Source of the DNA: Nitrososphaerales archaeon
GTDB taxonomy: Archaea > Thermoproteota > Nitrososphaeria > Nitrososphaerales > UBA213
NCBI GenBank assembly: GCA_965197925.1
Contig: CBDAOC010000020.1
Coordinates: 640,001-704,000 of the forward strand
Length of the DNA stretch: 64,000 bases
Direction of reading: 5' to 3'
Made by a program: the position numbers and the translations under genes. Below are positions 61,663 through 64,000 of the stretch, one piece after another. The notes under the pieces are model-generated. The model had not been told where the DNA came from, did not search any database, and was given only the letters and a program-made list of their open reading frames with translations. Position 1 is the stretch's first letter, and each line of letters opens with the position of its first letter.

Positions 61663-63615
61663 TTATACTTTTTGTATATAATTTCTAAACTTTGAAAATA
61701 CAATGAACAATGAAACCGTAGTTATCATTACAAACATGCTTATAGGAAATTCCGGAACTATGAAGTATGAATCGGTTGTAATGTCATCATAAATAAATAC
61801 AACACTTGTGATTCGGCTTGGAATGGTGAACTGTATTTCACCAGTAACGGCCTGACCTGGATCCAATTTTCCGTTAAATGATTTTGATGCATCTGGTAAG
61901 AATAAGTTTCCATCTCTATCTTTCACATATGCATATGCTTGATCATACATAATTTCGGTGCCTACTCTATTCTTTAGGGTTAGTTGTATCACATATTTCT
62001 GTGGATCTGATTCCAGAAATCTTTCGTTGAGTATAGTCATTTCCAGTTTTTTCCCTATGAGCTTTTTACCTATATTAGAACCAGGTGTAAACAATGTATC
62101 AGGTTCCGCATCAGGTGGGGTCTTTGTGACTGTTAGGTTAATAATTAGTTCCCTGCCCCTTACATCCTCGTAAATCAAGTGCTTTGCAGAAATGTCAGTG
62201 TCGGATTGGAAGAATAATTTGCCTCTTAATGAATCACCGTTAGCAACTCTGACATTTTTTAGTGTACTCTTTTCAGAATCAGCTTCATATTCATTCCCAT
62301 CTATGTCCTTGAGTTTAAATGAAAGTAGATCAAAGTTTTTTGGTTGCAAATCGGTGTTTGTCAAGATAATTTCTATACTAATCTCTTTCAAGGTCTTTGA
62401 AGATGGTATGTTTGTTGATACTACGTATAGTTCAGTTCCTCTATAACCTACAAGTTCATTCATGCTACCACTTGCCGGTATCCCGTAATCTTGTAATTCC
62501 AGAGGTTTGCCTAATGAGTAAAGTTTACCATCAACTGAACCAACGTATATGGTACCTTGAGAATCTATTGCTGGTGAAGAAAATATTTTTTCGTCGGTTT
62601 TGAAGTGCCACTTTTCTGTACCGTTAGGGTTGATCGCGTAAATAATAGAATCAACTGAACCAACATAGATTGTACCCTCAGAATCTATGGCCGGTGAAGA
62701 GACCACAAAATCATCGGTTTTGAAGTGCCACTTTTCTGTACCGTTAGGGTTGATCGCGTAAAGATTGTTGTCGAAAGAACCTACGTATATTGTGCCGTCC
62801 GGGGCAATGGAAGGCGAACCCTGTACAACGCCTCCCGTAGTAAAGTTCCATTTTTGAATACCGTTAGGGTTGATCGCGTAAAGGTGTTTATCATATGATC
62901 CAACATAAACTGTACCATCAGGTCCTATTGCTGGAGATGAAAAGATAAAATCGTCGGTTTTGAAGTGCCACTTTTCTGTACCGTTAGGGTTGATCGCGTA
63001 AAGATTGTTGTCGAAAGAACCTACGTATATTGTGCCGTCCGGGGCAATGGAAGGTGTTGAAAATATCCGATCAGGAATATTGAAAACCCATTTCAGAGTT
63101 CCATTAGGATAAAGGGAGATCAAAAATCCATTATCAGACCCAATGTATATCGTACCCTCAGGCGTAATAGTTGGTGAAGATGAAATTCGATCCAAAGTGG
63201 GGTATCTCCATTTGCCTTTTCCCGATGAAGAAATTGCATATATGTTCTTATCCCATGAGCCAAAGTAAATAGTACCATCAGATGCGATCGCCGGTGTTGA
63301 GTCAATTCTCATAGTAGCATTGAATCTCCACTTTTCTGTACCGTTAGGGTTGATCGCGTAGAGAAAAGAATCATGGGAACCTATGTATACTGTACCATCG
63401 GAATCTATCACAGGAGAACCCTGTATTCTGTCGCCGGTGGGAAATTTCCATCGTAATGTATTTTCATCGCTTCCTTTGAATGATCCATGACCGCTATGCT
63501 CTGGATCATGTTTGAACATGGGCCATACTATATTATCAATTGCGTAAACTTTTGATGAACTGTATATGGAGAGTATTAAGATTGCTAATAGCAACAATTT
63601 CATTATGTTGTTCAT
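61663..63615 (-). CDS. Exported PQQ-like/BamB-type beta-propeller protein with two DUF4352-like domains and a PEF-CTERM anchor
   Basis: Signal peptide, WPMFKHD, eight 40-aa SSPAI.DGTIYVGS.D..LYAINPNGTEKW repeats, C-terminal VPEFP plus TM helix plus basic tail. Confidence 0.88.
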   Translation of the reverse strand: MNNIMKLLLLAILILSIYSSSKVYAIDNIVWPMFKHDPEHSGHGSFKGSDENTLRWKFPTGDRIQGSPVIDSDGTVYIGSHDSFLYAINPNGTEKWRFNATMRIDSTPAIASDGTIYFGSWDKNIYAISSSGKGKWRYPTLDRISSSPTITPEGTIYIGSDNGFLISLYPNGTLKWVFNIPDRIFSTPSIAPDGTIYVGSFDNNLYAINPNGTEKWHFKTDDFIFSSPAIGPDGTVYVGSYDKHLYAINPNGIQKWNFTTGGVVQGSPSIAPDGTIYVGSFDNNLYAINPNGTEKWHFKTDDFVVSSPAIDSEGTIYVGSVDSIIYAINPNGTEKWHFKTDEKIFSSPAIDSQGTIYVGSVDGKLYSLGKPLELQDYGIPASGSMNELVGYRGTELYVVSTNIPSSKTLKEISIEIILTNTDLQPKNFDLLSFKLKDIDGNEYEADSEKSTLKNVRVANGDSLRGKLFFQSDTDISAKHLIYEDVRGRELIINLTVTKTPPDAEPDTLFTPGSNIGKKLIGKKLEMTILNERFLESDPQKYVIQLTLKNRVGTEIMYDQAYAYVKDRDGNLFLPDASKSFNGKLDPGQAVTGEIQFTIPSRITSVVFIYDDITTDSYFIVPEFPISMFVMITTVSLFIVFSKFRNYIQKV

Positions 63616-63663
63616 AGTTGCCTTGCTGCCAATGTTATAAACTTTCCAATCATTATATTTAAT

Positions 63664-64000
63664 TGAGGCATGGACATAATTTCATAACAAAAATAACTTG
63701 ATGCCTCTGATTGATTAACTTCCCAACATGTGCTTCAATGCCCTTAATGGTCTTCCTGTCAAGTAGTTGTAGTATACCATCAGCTGGTATAGCAATATAG
63801 AAATCAGAACGATGCTCCTAGCTTTATCAAATCCTCTAACTGGCAATGGATCTAGGTAAATACATCCTTCATATGCTCTATCAATGGCTCAACGCTTATG
63901 CTTCTTTGCGAATATACACGCTGCTCAAATTCCGATTGATAGAACTGTAATAATGCTAGCCTATCATGCTTTGTATGCTTGTAACTTCTTTCTATAGGGA
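63664..64000 (-). mobile_element. IS group 5, second copy (3' end, runs off the window)
   Basis: End TGAGGCATGGACATAAT. Encodes DPLPVRGFDKARS...GRPLRALKHMLGS, homologous to 46650-46991. Confidence 0.88.

Noticed and set aside
62594..63360. Regularly spaced repeats as a CRISPR array or DGR template/variable pair
   Set aside because: The repeats are in frame within a protein on a 120-bp period, the intervening sequences are homologous, and there are no cas or reverse transcriptase genes and no adenine-specific variation.

Overview
Archaeal chromosomal window, AT-rich outside the rRNA genes. The 16S sequence, the 16S-23S operon without spacer tRNA or adjacent 5S, and the gene content point to Nitrososphaerota (Thaumarchaeota). 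The backbone is housekeeping: purA, pyrF, aIF-2beta, cdc48, archease, thioredoxin, aIF5B, L24e/S28e/L7Ae, glmM-like mutase, acs, thyX, fen, hemL, 16S and 23S rRNA, tsr3, RNase P RNA, cofD/cofC, rnhB, fibrillarin/nop5, pyrD/pyrK and S30e. On top of this is clear genome erosion. I count 12 IS copies or remnants from about 5 groups (about 9 kb, roughly 14% of the window) plus a 78-bp MITE. Several pseudogenes are invisible in the ORF track, including a decayed cis-prenyltransferase (uppS, containing an 8-bp microsatellite) and a decayed ndk in its canonical slot. Other notable items are a branched ~125-nt helix-25 (ES7-position) expansion in the 23S rRNA, an unannotated 42-aa 8-Cys metallothionein-like microprotein, a USP gene bracketed by two IS5 elements, and a beta-propeller surface protein with nucleotide-identical blades. 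I found no CRISPR array, tRNA, reverse transcriptase or recognisable defence system. All family calls come from reading motifs by eye, not from database searches.
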